Assembly: GCA_039908285.1 (NCBI GenBank)
Contig: JAMOBE010000001.1
Location: forward strand, 21,155-85,154
Source of the DNA: Alphaproteobacteria bacterium
GTDB lineage: Bacteria > Pseudomonadota > Alphaproteobacteria > Rhodospirillales > Rhodospirillaceae
Length of the DNA: 64,000 nucleotides
Direction: 5' to 3'
In this document: piece after piece, positions 7,379 to 18,699 of the stretch
Layout: every line of letters starts with the position of its first letter
Position numbering within the stretch: position 1 is the first letter of the stretch
Program-made: the position numbers and the translations under genes
The notes under the pieces: model-generated
Database searches by the model: none
What the model saw: only the letters and a program-made list of their open reading frames with translations
Told to the model about the DNA's origin: nothing

Positions 7379-8917
7379 ATGATCCGCTCCATCCGCAACA
7401 TCGTCCGCCTGGTTCACATCGTGCGCGTGCTGGCGCGCCACGATGCCCTGTTCCCCATCGAGCGCGTCACCGCCGTGCGCGACCTCGCCTATCTGGCCAA
7501 GCTGGTGACCCGCCGCGGCCCGCCCGGGCGCCCCGGCCAGCGGCTGGCCCGCGCCATGGTGGAGCTGGGGCCGGCCTTCATCAAGCTCGGGCAGACCCTG
7601 TCCACCCGCCCCGATGTCATGGGCGAGGACGTGGCGGCCGATCTCACCTCGCTCCAGGACAAGCTGGAACCTTTCCCCGCCGACGAGGCGCGGCGCATCA
7701 TCGAGAGCGACTTCGAACGGCCGCTCGAGGAGCTGTACTCCGAGTTCTCGGCCGAGCCGGTGGCGGCCGCCTCCATCGCCCAGGTCCACTTCGCGACCAC
7801 CACCGACGGGCGGCAGGTGGCGGTCAAGGTCCTGCGCCCCGACGTGGCGAAGAAGTTCGAGCAGGACATCGACGCCCTCTACTGGCTAGCCGAGATCGTC
7901 GAGCGCACCCAGCCCGGCTTCCGCCGCCTGAAGCCGATCGAGGCGGTGCGCACCTTCGAGGACACGGTGGCGATGGAGATGGACCTCCGCTTCGAGGCCG
8001 CCGCCGCCGCCGAGCTTCACGACAACTTCGCCGGTGACGACACCTTCCGCGTGCCCATGGTCGACTGGCAGCGCACGTCGCAGCGGGTCCTGACCACCCA
8101 GCGGGTGGTGGGCATCCCGGTGGATGAGCGCGAGCGCATCATCGCCGCCGGCATCGACCCCCGCGCCATCGTCGAGAAGGCCGCCAACGGCTTCTTCAAC
8201 ATGGTGTTCCGCGACGGCTTCTTTCACGGCGACCTGCACCCGGGCAACATGTTCGTCGGCGAGAACGGCGAGGTCATCCTGGTGGACTTCGGCATCACCG
8301 GCCGGGTCGACCGCGCGACGCGGCGCTATCTGGGCGAGATGCTGCTCGGCTTTCTCACCGCCGACTACCGGCGGGTGGCCGAGGTTCATTTCGAAGCCGG
8401 ATACGTTCCCGCCGACCGCTCGGTGGATACCTTCACCCAGGCCTGCCGCTCGGTGGCCGAGCCCATCTTCGGCAAGCCGATGAACGAGATCTCCATCGGC
8501 CGCCTGCTCGGGCACCTGTTCAAGGTCACCGAGACCTTCGGCATGGAAGCCCAGCCCCAGCTTCTCCTGTTGCAGAAGACCATGATCACCGCCGAGGGCG
8601 TCGGCCGCCTCCTCAGCCCCGACGTCAACATGTGGACCCTGGCCCGCCCCCTCATCGAGGGGTGGATGCGCGAGACTCTGGGACCCGAGGCCAGGCTGCG
8701 CCAGATGGCCACCGACCTCACCTCGTCGTTCGAGCGCCTGCCGCGCCTTTTGGAACACACCGAGCGCACCGCCGCCATGTTCCGCTCCGGCGGCCTGAAG
8801 CTGCACCCCGAGACCGTCGCCGAGCTGACCGGCCGGCGCGGTCGGCGCTCCTTCTTCACCACCCTGCTGCCGTGGGTTCTGGTGGCGATTCTGGCCAGCA
8901 TGCTGCTGGCCCGGTGA
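7379..8917 (+). CDS. ubiB: Ubiquinone biosynthesis regulatory kinase-like protein UbiB (ABC1 family)
   Basis: Contains FIKLGQTLSTRPDV, PVAAASIAQVHFA, VAVKVLRP and HGDLHPGNMFV, with C-terminal TM helices. Directly follows ubiE. Start taken at ATG 7379 (MIRSIRNIVRL). Confidence 0.92.
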   Translation: MIRSIRNIVRLVHIVRVLARHDALFPIERVTAVRDLAYLAKLVTRRGPPGRPGQRLARAMVELGPAFIKLGQTLSTRPDVMGEDVAADLTSLQDKLEPFPADEARRIIESDFERPLEELYSEFSAEPVAAASIAQVHFATTTDGRQVAVKVLRPDVAKKFEQDIDALYWLAEIVERTQPGFRRLKPIEAVRTFEDTVAMEMDLRFEAAAAAELHDNFAGDDTFRVPMVDWQRTSQRVLTTQRVVGIPVDERERIIAAGIDPRAIVEKAANGFFNMVFRDGFFHGDLHPGNMFVGENGEVILVDFGITGRVDRATRRYLGEMLLGFLTADYRRVAEVHFEAGYVPADRSVDTFTQACRSVAEPIFGKPMNEISIGRLLGHLFKVTETFGMEAQPQLLLLQKTMITAEGVGRLLSPDVNMWTLARPLIEGWMRETLGPEARLRQMATDLTSSFERLPRLLEHTERTAAMFRSGGLKLHPETVAELTGRRGRRSFFTTLLPWVLVAILASMLLAR

Positions 8918-8973
8918 GGGAATGGTTCGGTGAGAGATTGGAAGTGTTTCGACACACGGGGTAATACCGCTCG

Positions 8974-9229
8974 CCAGCGTGCTGGCGTAGAGAAAAAAGA
9001 TGCAACACGGATGAACACGGATATCCACGGATAAACACGGATACAGAACACCAGAATGCTACTCTGTCTTTACCCGTGACAATATGTTAAGAATAATATT
9101 ATATTATTACAGCAAGATATTTTCACGTGCCCCACTTAAGCCTATGTCAAACTCTGCTGCATCCGTGTTTATCCGTGGATATCCGTGTTCATCCGTGTTG
9201 CGCCTTTTTTCTTAAAGCCAGCACACTGG
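8974..9229. repeat. CACGGAT decamer-array inverted-repeat element, complete copy 2
   Basis: Left arm: ...AGAAAAAAGATGCAACACGGATGAACACGGATATCCACGGATAAACACGGATAC. The right arm (9158-9229) is a near-perfect inverted copy, including the outer CCAGYGTGCTGG. The AT-rich core is ~110 bp. It sits between the convergent ubiB and Sel1-repeat genes. Confidence 0.8.
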
Positions 9230-9296
9230 AGATCGATCCATTTCATTGGTGCTGTGTGTCAAACTTTAGGTTCGCCGGTGAAACCTTTTCACCCTC

Positions 9297-9911
9297 TCAC
9301 CTCTGGCCGCTCAGCATCATCCTGACGGACTGTTCGATGCCTGGCGCCGTGTCCTTTGGCATCATGGGGGCGAGGCGCTGGCGGGTGGTGGTGGCGTCGG
9401 TACGGACGGAGTCGTCCTTGGCGAAGTGTTCGGCGAGCATCAGCCAGTAATAGGCGTTGGCGGCGTCGTAGGGGCGCATCATCTTGCGGACAGGGTCATA
9501 GCCCCGGTCGAGGTACATCTTGCCCAGGCTGAGCTGGGCCCTGGCGTGGCGCTGGCGGGCGGCGGCGGTGAACCAGTCCTCGGCGCGGCGGGGATCCCGG
9601 CCGATGCCCTTGCCCTCGGCGTAGAGCTGGGCGAGCTTGTACTGGCTTTCCGGCTGGCCGCGACGGGCCGCCTGGAAGTACCAGTCGCGGGCGGCGAAGC
9701 CGTCCTTCGCCACCCCCCCCAGTCCATCGGCGTGGATGTCGCCGAGGCGCTCGCAGGCATCCGGGTCGCCCCTGTGGCCTTCGGGAGTCAGCTCGCGGAC
9801 GGCGGTCGCGCCGTCTCCACGCTCAAGCGCCTTCAACGCCTCCGCGGTGCCGGCCAGCGCCGACCCGATGAGGAGGAGATGGATACACCCCGCCAGAACC
9901 CACCGTTTCAT
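9297..9911 (-). CDS. Secreted Sel1-like (SLR/TPR) repeat protein
   Basis: Signal peptide MKRWVLAGCIHLLLIGSALAG. Repeated Sel1 signature: LGDIHADGLGGVAKDGFAARDWYFQAARRGQPESQYKLAQLYAEGKGIGRDPRRAEDWF. Confidence 0.8.
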   Translation of the reverse strand: MKRWVLAGCIHLLLIGSALAGTAEALKALERGDGATAVRELTPEGHRGDPDACERLGDIHADGLGGVAKDGFAARDWYFQAARRGQPESQYKLAQLYAEGKGIGRDPRRAEDWFTAAARQRHARAQLSLGKMYLDRGYDPVRKMMRPYDAANAYYWLMLAEHFAKDDSVRTDATTTRQRLAPMMPKDTAPGIEQSVRMMLSGQR

Positions 9912-9962
9912 AGGCATCTCCCTTGGGCTTTGCCGACGGCACACTATGACGGCACAGCCGGC

Positions 9963-12827
9963 TTACGGCAACGTCAACCGCCGACGGGCGTCCCAGAGGT
10001 ACGGCTTCAGATAGTGTCCGGTATAGCTCCCGGTCGCGGCGGCGATGTCCTCGGGCGTGCCGACGGCGACGACTCGGCCGCCGCCGGCTCCGCCCTCGGG
10101 GCCCAGGTCGATGATCCAGTCGGCGGTCTTGATGACCTCCAGGTTGTGCTCGATCACCACCACCGTGTTGCCGCTTTCCACCAGCCGATGCAAAACCTCC
10201 AAAAGCCGCCGCACGTCCTCGAAATGGAGTCCCGTGGTGGGCTCGTCCAGGATGTAGAGGGTACGGCCGGTGGCGCGGCGCGACAGCTCCTTGGCCAGCT
10301 TGACCCGCTGGGCCTCGCCGCCCGACAGGGTGGTGGCCTGCTGGCCCAGGTGAATATAGCCTAGCCCCACCTGGTCCAGCAGCACCAGCTTGTCGCGGAT
10401 CGCCGGCACCGCCTTGAAGAACCCGGCGGCCTCCTCGACGGTCATGTCCAGCACGTCGGCGATGGACTTGCCCCGGAAGGTGACTTCCAGGGTCTCTCGG
10501 TTGTAGCGCCGCCCCTTGCAGACGTCGCACTGGACGAACACGTCGGGGAGGAAGTGCATCTCGATCTTGATGACCCCGTCGCCCTGACAGGCCTCGCAGC
10601 GCCCGCCGCGGACGTTGAACGAGAACCGCCCCGGCTTGTAGCCCCGGGCCTGGGCTTCCGGCAGGCCGGCGAACCAGTCGCGGATCGGCGTGAACAGGCC
10701 GGTGTAGGTGGCCGGGTTGGAGCGTGGCGTCCGGCCGATGGGGGACTGGTCGATATCGACGATCTTGTCGATGTGCGCGATGCCGTCGATGCGCTCGTGC
10801 TCGGCCGCCGGCTCGCGGGATCCGTGCAGGGTGCGGGCCAGGCCGCGGTAGAGAGTCTCCACCACCAGGGTCGACTTGCCGCCGCCCGACACCCCGGTGA
10901 CGCAGATGAAGGTGCCGAGCGGCAGGTCGACGGTGATGCCCTGGAGGTTGTTGCCCCGCGCCCCCACCACGGAGAGGACATTGCCGCTGCCCGGCCGCCG
11001 GGCTCCGCTGATGGGGATGGCGCGCTCACCGGTGAGGTACTGCCCGGTCAGCGAGGCGGGGTTTTGCATCACCTCCTCGGGCGTGCCCTGGGCCACCACC
11101 GTGCCGCCATGGATGCCGGCTCCCGGCCCCATGTCGATCAGGTGATCGGCGGAGCGGATGGCATCCTCGTCGTGCTCGACGACGATCACGGTGTTGCCGA
11201 TGTCCCGCAGGTGCTTCAGCGTCGTCAGCAGGCGGTCGTTGTCGCGCTGGTGCAGGCCGATGGAGGGCTCGTCCAGCACGTACAAAACGCCGGTGAGGCC
11301 GGAGCCGATCTGCGAGGCGAGCCGGATGCGCTGGCTCTCGCCCCCCGACAGGGTGCCCGAGTTGCGTCCAAGCGACAGGTAGTCGAGCCCCACGTCCATC
11401 AGGAACCCGAGCCGGTCGTTGATCTCGCGCAGGATGCGGCGGGCGATCTCGCGCTGTTTCGGCGACAGGTGCTGGTCCAGGTCGGCGAACCAGCGGTGGG
11501 CCTCGGCGATGGAGAAGTCGGTGGCCTGGGTGATGTGCAGCCCCCGGATCTTGACGGCGAGCGCCGCCGGCTTGAGGCGGGCGCCCTGGCAGGCCTCGCA
11601 GGGGGCCGAGGTCTGGTAGCGCCCCAGCTCCTCGCGGATCCAGGCGGAGTCGGTCTCCCGCCAGCGCCGCTCCAGATTGGGGATGACACCCTCGAACGGC
11701 CGCTCGGTGGTGTAGGTGCGGACGTCGTCGGCATAGCGGACCAGGATCGGCTCCTTGCCCGAGCCGTACAGGATGGCCTGGCGCACCTTGTCCGGCAGGT
11801 CGCGGAACGGCACCGCCGGGCCGGCGCCGTAGTGGGTGCAGACGCTCTCCAGAGTCTGCTGGTAGTAGTGGGCGGTGGTGCTGGACCACGGGGCCACCGC
11901 GCCCTCCACCAGGGATATCGTATCGTCGGGCACCACCAGCGCCGGGTCGAAGCGCAGCGTCACCCCCAGGCCGTCGCAGCCCGGGCAGGCGCCGTGCGGA
12001 TTGTTGAACGAGAACAGCCGCGGCTCGATCTCGTCAATGGTGAAGCCCGACACCGGGCAGGCGAAGCGGGTGGAAAAGGTGGTGCGGATCTCCGGATCGT
12101 CCGCCGCCGCGTCGGCCCGGTCGGCGTAGATCAGGCCGTCGGTCAGCGACAGGGCGGTCTCCAGCGAGTCGGCGAGGCGGGCGCCCAGCCCCTCGCGCAC
12201 CACCAGCCGGTCCACCACCACCTCGATGTCGTGCTTGACCTTGCGGTTGAGGGAGGGAACCTCGTCGATCTCGTACAGCGTCCCGTCCACCCGAACCCGC
12301 TGGAAGCCCTTTTTGCGCAGGTCCACCAGGTCCTTGCGGTACTCGCCCTTGCGCCCACGCACCACCGGCGCCAGCAGCAGAAGGCGGGTGCCCTCGGGCA
12401 TGGCCAGGATGCGGTCCACCATCTGGCTCACGGTCTGGCTCTCGATGGGCAGACCGGTGGCCGGCGAGTGCGGCACGCCCACCCGCGCCCACAACAGCCG
12501 CATGTAGTCGTAGATCTCGGTCACCGTCGCCACGGTGGAGCGGGGATTGCGCGAGGTGGTCTTCTGCTCGATGGAGATGGCGGGGCTCAGGCCCTCGATC
12601 AGGTCGACGTCGGGCTTTTGCATCAGTTCCAGGAACTGGCGGGCGTAGGCGGACAGGGACTCCACATAGCGCCGCTGGCCCTCGGCATAGATGGTGTCGA
12701 AGGCAAGCGAAGACTTGCCCGATCCCGACAGGCCGGTGATGACCACCAGCCGGTCGCGCGGGATGTCCACGTCGACGCTTTTCAAGTTGTGTTCGCGCGC
12801 GCCACGCACGCGGATCTGGCCGCTCAT
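9963..12827 (-). CDS. uvrA: Excinuclease ABC subunit A
   Basis: 954 aa starting [65 protein letters not shown]. Two ABC ATPase modules and zinc-finger cysteines. Confidence 0.97.
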   Translation of the reverse strand: MSGQIRVRGAREHNLKSVDVDIPRDRLVVITGLSGSGKSSLAFDTIYAEGQRRYVESLSAYARQFLELMQKPDVDLIEGLSPAISIEQKTTSRNPRSTVATVTEIYDYMRLLWARVGVPHSPATGLPIESQTVSQMVDRILAMPEGTRLLLLAPVVRGRKGEYRKDLVDLRKKGFQRVRVDGTLYEIDEVPSLNRKVKHDIEVVVDRLVVREGLGARLADSLETALSLTDGLIYADRADAAADDPEIRTTFSTRFACPVSGFTIDEIEPRLFSFNNPHGACPGCDGLGVTLRFDPALVVPDDTISLVEGAVAPWSSTTAHYYQQTLESVCTHYGAGPAVPFRDLPDKVRQAILYGSGKEPILVRYADDVRTYTTERPFEGVIPNLERRWRETDSAWIREELGRYQTSAPCEACQGARLKPAALAVKIRGLHITQATDFSIAEAHRWFADLDQHLSPKQREIARRILREINDRLGFLMDVGLDYLSLGRNSGTLSGGESQRIRLASQIGSGLTGVLYVLDEPSIGLHQRDNDRLLTTLKHLRDIGNTVIVVEHDEDAIRSADHLIDMGPGAGIHGGTVVAQGTPEEVMQNPASLTGQYLTGERAIPISGARRPGSGNVLSVVGARGNNLQGITVDLPLGTFICVTGVSGGGKSTLVVETLYRGLARTLHGSREPAAEHERIDGIAHIDKIVDIDQSPIGRTPRSNPATYTGLFTPIRDWFAGLPEAQARGYKPGRFSFNVRGGRCEACQGDGVIKIEMHFLPDVFVQCDVCKGRRYNRETLEVTFRGKSIADVLDMTVEEAAGFFKAVPAIRDKLVLLDQVGLGYIHLGQQATTLSGGEAQRVKLAKELSRRATGRTLYILDEPTTGLHFEDVRRLLEVLHRLVESGNTVVVIEHNLEVIKTADWIIDLGPEGGAGGGRVVAVGTPEDIAAATGSYTGHYLKPYLWDARRRLTLP

Positions 12828-12848
12828 TTGGTGAGAACTTCCGCCAAT

Positions 12849-13055
12849 CAGGGCAATCGTGTGAAAGAGTGAAAGCCGCCACCTTCACTCCCTCTCCCCC
12901 TCGAGGGGGAGAGGGCCGGGGTGAGGGGGTGGGGCAGGCGGCACCACCTTGGGAGCTTCGCGCCCCCCTCACCCAAACCCTCTCCCCCCGAAAGAGGGGG
13001 GAGAGGGCTTTTGATGATTCCCGCGCCAAAGCATTTCTTTCACCCGATTGCCCCG
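12849..13055. repeat. REP/MITE composite with terminal inverted repeats CAGGGCAATCG(T/G)GTGAAAG
   Basis: TIRs at 12849-12867 and 13037-13055. Internal hairpin units: CCCTCTCCCCCTCGAGGGGGAGAGGG and CCCTCTCCCCCCGAAAGAGGGGGGAGAGGG. It lies between the uvrA start and the cheY-like stop. Confidence 0.85.
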
Positions 13056-13060
13056 TGTCC

Positions 13061-13435
13061 TTAATCTGAGTCCCCTATCCCCACCTGCTCCAGCTTGGCC
13101 TTGACGATTTCGGCGTCGAAGGGCTTCATGATGTATTCGTTGGCACCCTCGTTGAGGGCCATCTGGATGTGGTCCATGTCGTTTTCGGTGGTGCAGAATA
13201 TCACCGATGGCTGGTTACCGTTCGGCATCCGCCGCAATTCCTTGAGGAACGTGAGGCCATCCATCACCGGCATGTTCCAATCCAGCAGAATCACGGCGGG
13301 AAGCTGGGTGCGGCACGCGTCCAGAGCCTGCTTTCCGTCGGCGGCTTCCTTGACTTCGAACCCGAGGTCCACCAGGATTTTCTTGGCGACCATCCGGATC
13401 ACTTTTGAATCGTCAACGACAAGACACGATTTCAC
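13061..13435 (-). CDS. Single-domain CheY-like response regulator
   Basis: 124 aa: MKSCLVVDDSKVIRMVAKKIL...VILLDWNMPVMDGLTFLKELR...IFCTTEND...NEYIMKPF. The DD, D and K receiver residues are all in place. Confidence 0.9.
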   Translation of the reverse strand: MKSCLVVDDSKVIRMVAKKILVDLGFEVKEAADGKQALDACRTQLPAVILLDWNMPVMDGLTFLKELRRMPNGNQPSVIFCTTENDMDHIQMALNEGANEYIMKPFDAEIVKAKLEQVGIGDSD

Positions 13436-13522
13436 TGTCTTACCCGATACACTCTGCCCCGACCGCGACCGCCGCTATCGCCGTCACTCCGGTCCAGCTC
13501 TTATCACCATTTCGGAGTCCCT

Positions 13523-14794
13523 TCAAGTCCGCGGGTCTTGGCTCAGTCCATGTTCTTTCCGGGCGGCGCCGACGGTGAACGCGGCTGCCATCCACACCGC
13601 TCCCAGCCACCAGCTCTGGAACACGCCATAGCTCGAACTGGCGATCAGCAGGGTCACCACAATCAGCGCGAGAGCCGCCGCCCGCTCCTCGCGGCCGGGC
13701 AGGGCGGTCGGCAGGCGCCGGAGGATCAGAACCACCAGCGCCAGCGCCAGGGCCGCTCCGGGGGCGCCAAGCTCCAGCCAGATCTGCAGCAGGCTGTTGT
13801 GGGGATGCAGCGGCAGCATTTCCTCGAGCGCGATCAGGCGGCCGCGTCCGGGGATCTCGATGTCGACGGCGACCTTGTCCGACCCGCCCGGCATCGACCG
13901 CGACGCGTCCAGTCCATGGCCTGCCAGGGGCTGCTCGGCGATGTGGCCGGCTACGAACCGCCAGATGACCAGCCGGTGGTGGATCGAGTTGGGCACGAAG
14001 GCCGGCATCCGCTCCAGAGTCTCGTGGGGCGGCGGCAGCATCACCGGCACCACCGGTGCCAGGACCAGCCCCACGGCCAGGCCCCCGGCGATGGCTCCCG
14101 CCACCAGTCGCGGCGCCAGGCGGGCGATGGGGAAGACGAGGATCCCGGCGGCCATGGCCACCGCCGCCGTATGGGCATTGGTCGGGACCAGCACGGCGAA
14201 GAGCGCCGCCAGGACCGCCCATGCTCCCATGGCCGCTCCCCGTCCCGCCATGGCGACCACCGCCGGCCAGGCCATCACCGCCGCCATCGCCGCGCCGTTC
14301 TTCAGGAACGGCGAATAGTCCTTCTCCACCCGCCATTCCAGCCGGTCGAGGGGGGTCACGCCGTGAATCACGCGGGTGATCAGGGCGTCGGTCGTTCCCT
14401 CGACCCCCAGCAGGGCGAGGGCCAGGACGGCTCCCGCCACCAGTCCCCGCCGCAGGATGCGCCGCCCATCCTCCTCGAGGGACATCCCGGCGTCCAGCAG
14501 CACGAGGCCGGCCAGGACGCCGCCCAGGAGCTGGGCATCCTTGAACAACGACTGTAGCGGCGCCACCGACCACAGGCTCGTCAGCGCCCCCCAGGCTAGC
14601 AGCAGGCCGAAATACACGACGAGCCACCGGGACACCCGCGGCAGGGTACGGGTCGCAACCACCAGCACCCCGGCCCCGCCGATGAATAGAGCCGCCAGCC
14701 CCTTCGACGCGAACACCGCCAGCGGCGGCACGGCCACCGCCATCATGGCCAGGGTCCAGCCACGGAACAGAGACAGGGGCGCCACCATTCCCAC
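13523..14794 (-). CDS. O-antigen ligase/polymerase-like (Wzy_C family) polytopic membrane protein
   Basis: About 10-12 predicted TM segments. A large loop carries the LHPHNSLLQIWLELGAPG motif (H-N-x-x-L-x-x-x-x-E-x-G) typical of the O-antigen ligase family. Confidence 0.7.
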   Translation of the reverse strand: MGMVAPLSLFRGWTLAMMAVAVPPLAVFASKGLAALFIGGAGVLVVATRTLPRVSRWLVVYFGLLLAWGALTSLWSVAPLQSLFKDAQLLGGVLAGLVLLDAGMSLEEDGRRILRRGLVAGAVLALALLGVEGTTDALITRVIHGVTPLDRLEWRVEKDYSPFLKNGAAMAAVMAWPAVVAMAGRGAAMGAWAVLAALFAVLVPTNAHTAAVAMAAGILVFPIARLAPRLVAGAIAGGLAVGLVLAPVVPVMLPPPHETLERMPAFVPNSIHHRLVIWRFVAGHIAEQPLAGHGLDASRSMPGGSDKVAVDIEIPGRGRLIALEEMLPLHPHNSLLQIWLELGAPGAALALALVVLILRRLPTALPGREERAAALALIVVTLLIASSSYGVFQSWWLGAVWMAAAFTVGAARKEHGLSQDPRT

Positions 14795-14807
14795 CCGTTT
14801 TTCCCCC

Positions 14808-15083
14808 TCACCGCCGAAGATCGTTGATCTTGAAGGCGAGGATCAATCCCGTCAGGACCAGGGTGACGATGTTGGGAATGATCACCGGCCAGCGATGGAT
14901 CATGACTCCGTAGACGATCCAGAGGGCCACGCCGACCGTGAAGGTCAGCAGCATGACCAGCGACAGGTCGCGGGCCGATCGCGAGCGCCACGTCTTCACC
15001 ACCTGCGGCAGAAAGGCGACGGTGGTCAGCGTTCCGGCGACATAGCCCAGAATATCCGCCGGGGTCAGGGAAAAGTCGCTCAC
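14808..15083 (-). CDS. SemiSWEET / PQ-loop family small transporter
   Basis: 91 aa with three TM helices and the PQ motif VAFLPQVVKTWRSRS. Confidence 0.75.
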   Translation of the reverse strand: MSDFSLTPADILGYVAGTLTTVAFLPQVVKTWRSRSARDLSLVMLLTFTVGVALWIVYGVMIHRWPVIIPNIVTLVLTGLILAFKINDLRR

Positions 15084-16829
<1,746 letters not shown>

Positions 16830-16973
16830 TCACTTCCGGACTCGCCGTCCCCCTCGGGCGTGCCCTTCCCGGCTTCCTGCCGACACGCGAGCTTATCACA
16901 TCCCATACCATGGATAGACTGGAATTGCCTATGACGATCGACAGGGGGTACCGATCCGGGCTCCCTGGATAGC

Positions 16974-17927
16974 CTATCCGACCGGACCGCACCATAGCTC
17001 CAGGCCCCGGTCCATGAACTCATCGTAGTGAATGTAGTGGGAACCATCGCAGGAAAAATTGAGCGAGACCATGCCGTTACAGACATTGAGGGATCCTGAC
17101 CGCAGATAAATCGTGTCATCCGCGAAGCGCAATTCCCTGAACATCGTGAAGATCAGCGGAATGCTTTCCGGTGGTACCGTGGCGCGGCCGATATAGGGCA
17201 GTCGAGGATAGGCGAGGCAGATGGCCGGATCGACCAGGTCATCGATGCCGAGGATACGGTAGACATAGGGATCGTCCGCCAGCCAGATGGTGGCGCGGCT
17301 GCTGGAAAAATGCAGTTTGCCGTGGAAGACTCCGTGTTCCGTCATCAATTCGGTCATCAGCGGCAGGATGTCATCCAGACGGTCGTCCATCAGGCTTTGC
17401 ACCCGTTGCTGCTGGAACAGGCCGCCGCGGATGGCCGGGTCGCCCTTGATCTGGCGCCAGGCCGTGGGCTCCAGGTACAGTCCCTCGGACCCGGGCAGGT
17501 CGCGGAGGTCGTAATCGGCCCCGAGAAAGCCGATGCGCTCCCCGGTCGCGCCCCGCACGACCTGGATGGCGGTGACCATGGGACGCTTGCGATTGCGGCT
17601 GATGTAGGCTTCGGAGAGCTTGAAGTCGGTGCTGCCGACGATGTCCAGCATATAGGGCCGGCTGGAGCGGTCGCGCCCGAAGTGGGCAGGGTCTGGACCA
17701 TCGCGGGTGATGTTGTCGGTGAACTGGAGCCCGGCCGCATCCAGCATGTAAAGGTGCTTGCAGTAGGCGATTCGCGTCAGGGCCTCCGTCAGCAGGGTCT
17801 CGATGGCGCCCCGGTCGCCCATCACCCGGGCACAGTCCAGGGCCAGCACGCGCATGACCTCGCCCAGCAACGCGGTAAGAGTCTCCCGCTGACTGCGGAT
17901 GACCGCATCAAGAGTGGAAGGAGGCAT
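16974..17927 (-). CDS. Cytoplasmic protein with PDC/Cache-like sensor fold and a C-terminal domain of unknown function
   Basis: HLYMLDAAGLQFTDNITRDG...GRDRSSRPYM...LSEAYISRNRKRPMVTAIQVV...GERIGFLGADYDLRDL resembles the Cache/PDC pattern. No TM helix and no recognisable output domain. ATG 17927 lies 7 nt after GAGAGG. Confidence 0.55.
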   Translation of the reverse strand: MPPSTLDAVIRSQRETLTALLGEVMRVLALDCARVMGDRGAIETLLTEALTRIAYCKHLYMLDAAGLQFTDNITRDGPDPAHFGRDRSSRPYMLDIVGSTDFKLSEAYISRNRKRPMVTAIQVVRGATGERIGFLGADYDLRDLPGSEGLYLEPTAWRQIKGDPAIRGGLFQQQRVQSLMDDRLDDILPLMTELMTEHGVFHGKLHFSSSRATIWLADDPYVYRILGIDDLVDPAICLAYPRLPYIGRATVPPESIPLIFTMFRELRFADDTIYLRSGSLNVCNGMVSLNFSCDGSHYIHYDEFMDRGLELWCGPVG

Positions 17928-18166
17928 GCAACGACCTCTCGAAATGGGTTCGCCGGAGTCCTGGGGCATACGCCCTTTCGCCCCGTGACTCCTAGCATCT
18001 TGCGTCTCCAGGGGCCAGCATCGACGATCACGGATGGGACTCGCGGGCGGCAGTGAACCCTTGCCTTTTTTCGTCCCGTCATGATAGTGCTAGGCCGCCG
18101 GTTCGTTACCGGACTTCGCCTGGACCTGCAACTGTATCGGACCGACTGCAAGCAGAGGAACCTGTT

Positions 18167-18457
18167 ATGAACGTCTATATGATTCTCACGGCCACGGGGT
18201 CAGAGGTGGTTCTTACATCCTACCAGTCGCCGACTCATCCCGATCTGGTCACCAAGCTGGCCGACAAAGGAATTCGTAAGTACGTTGCTTATGAAATCCC
18301 GGTTGATATGGCACGCGAGCGCTACGGCAACCACTTCATGGTCGTCGAGCACGACTCTCATGATGATGATTTTCTGCGAATCCTGGACGAAGACGGTTCG
18401 CGGGCATTCAAGCTGTTCCGATTCTCGGAAATGGGCACCCCGGTTCACTGGGAATAA
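18167..18457 (+). CDS. Small acidic hypothetical protein (96 aa)
   Basis: ATG 18167 is preceded by AGAGGAA. Product: MNVYMILTATGSEVVLTSYQSPTHPDLVTKLADKGIRKYVAYEIPVDMARERYGNHFMVVEHDSHDDDFLRILDEDG... AT-richer than its surroundings. No family recognised. Confidence 0.5.
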   Translation: MNVYMILTATGSEVVLTSYQSPTHPDLVTKLADKGIRKYVAYEIPVDMARERYGNHFMVVEHDSHDDDFLRILDEDGSRAFKLFRFSEMGTPVHWE

Positions 18458-18699
18458 GGATTGACGCCAGAGCGGGCCAGAGCGGGATCATGGCGGAGGA
18501 AGGGGGGAGTGGTTGCCTTTTTCCTCCGTTTGCGCTACCATGCTGAAAGGCCAGAATTGGTCAGGCCGCGAAACTGGATATGTCCGGCAAGGGTCGGGTG
18601 AGTTTCACGGCACGTTCGGGGGAACAGGATGTTCACCAGGGAGCGCGGCGGTTCCCGGTCCACACCGTCAGCCGCATCCCGGTCCGGGAGTGAGGCGTC

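Noticed and set aside
10554-12872. 772-aa plus-strand ORF, one of several very long ORFs. Others include 14376-16595, 26036-28366, 31811-33880, 38876-41749, 43559-45385, 44356-45855, 47931-49736, 54286-55977 and 57722-59590.
   Set aside because: All of them lie antisense or out of frame to genes with unmistakable conserved products (uvrA, the HD-GYP gene, polA, comM/hemC, the malonyl-CoA decarboxylase gene, glmS and others). Their translations are Arg/Gly/Pro/Ala-rich low-complexity strings, typical of stop-poor alternative frames in 65% GC DNA.
12034-13029. ORFs encoding PLPLEGERAGVRG / SPPRGGEGRGEG-type peptides. These also include 12869-13069, 25648-25893, 35568-36101, 35933-36118 and the first 61 codons of 25122-25988.
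   Set aside because: They are translations of REP hairpin units. The C39 peptidase and ubiE starts were moved downstream of these repeats accordingly.
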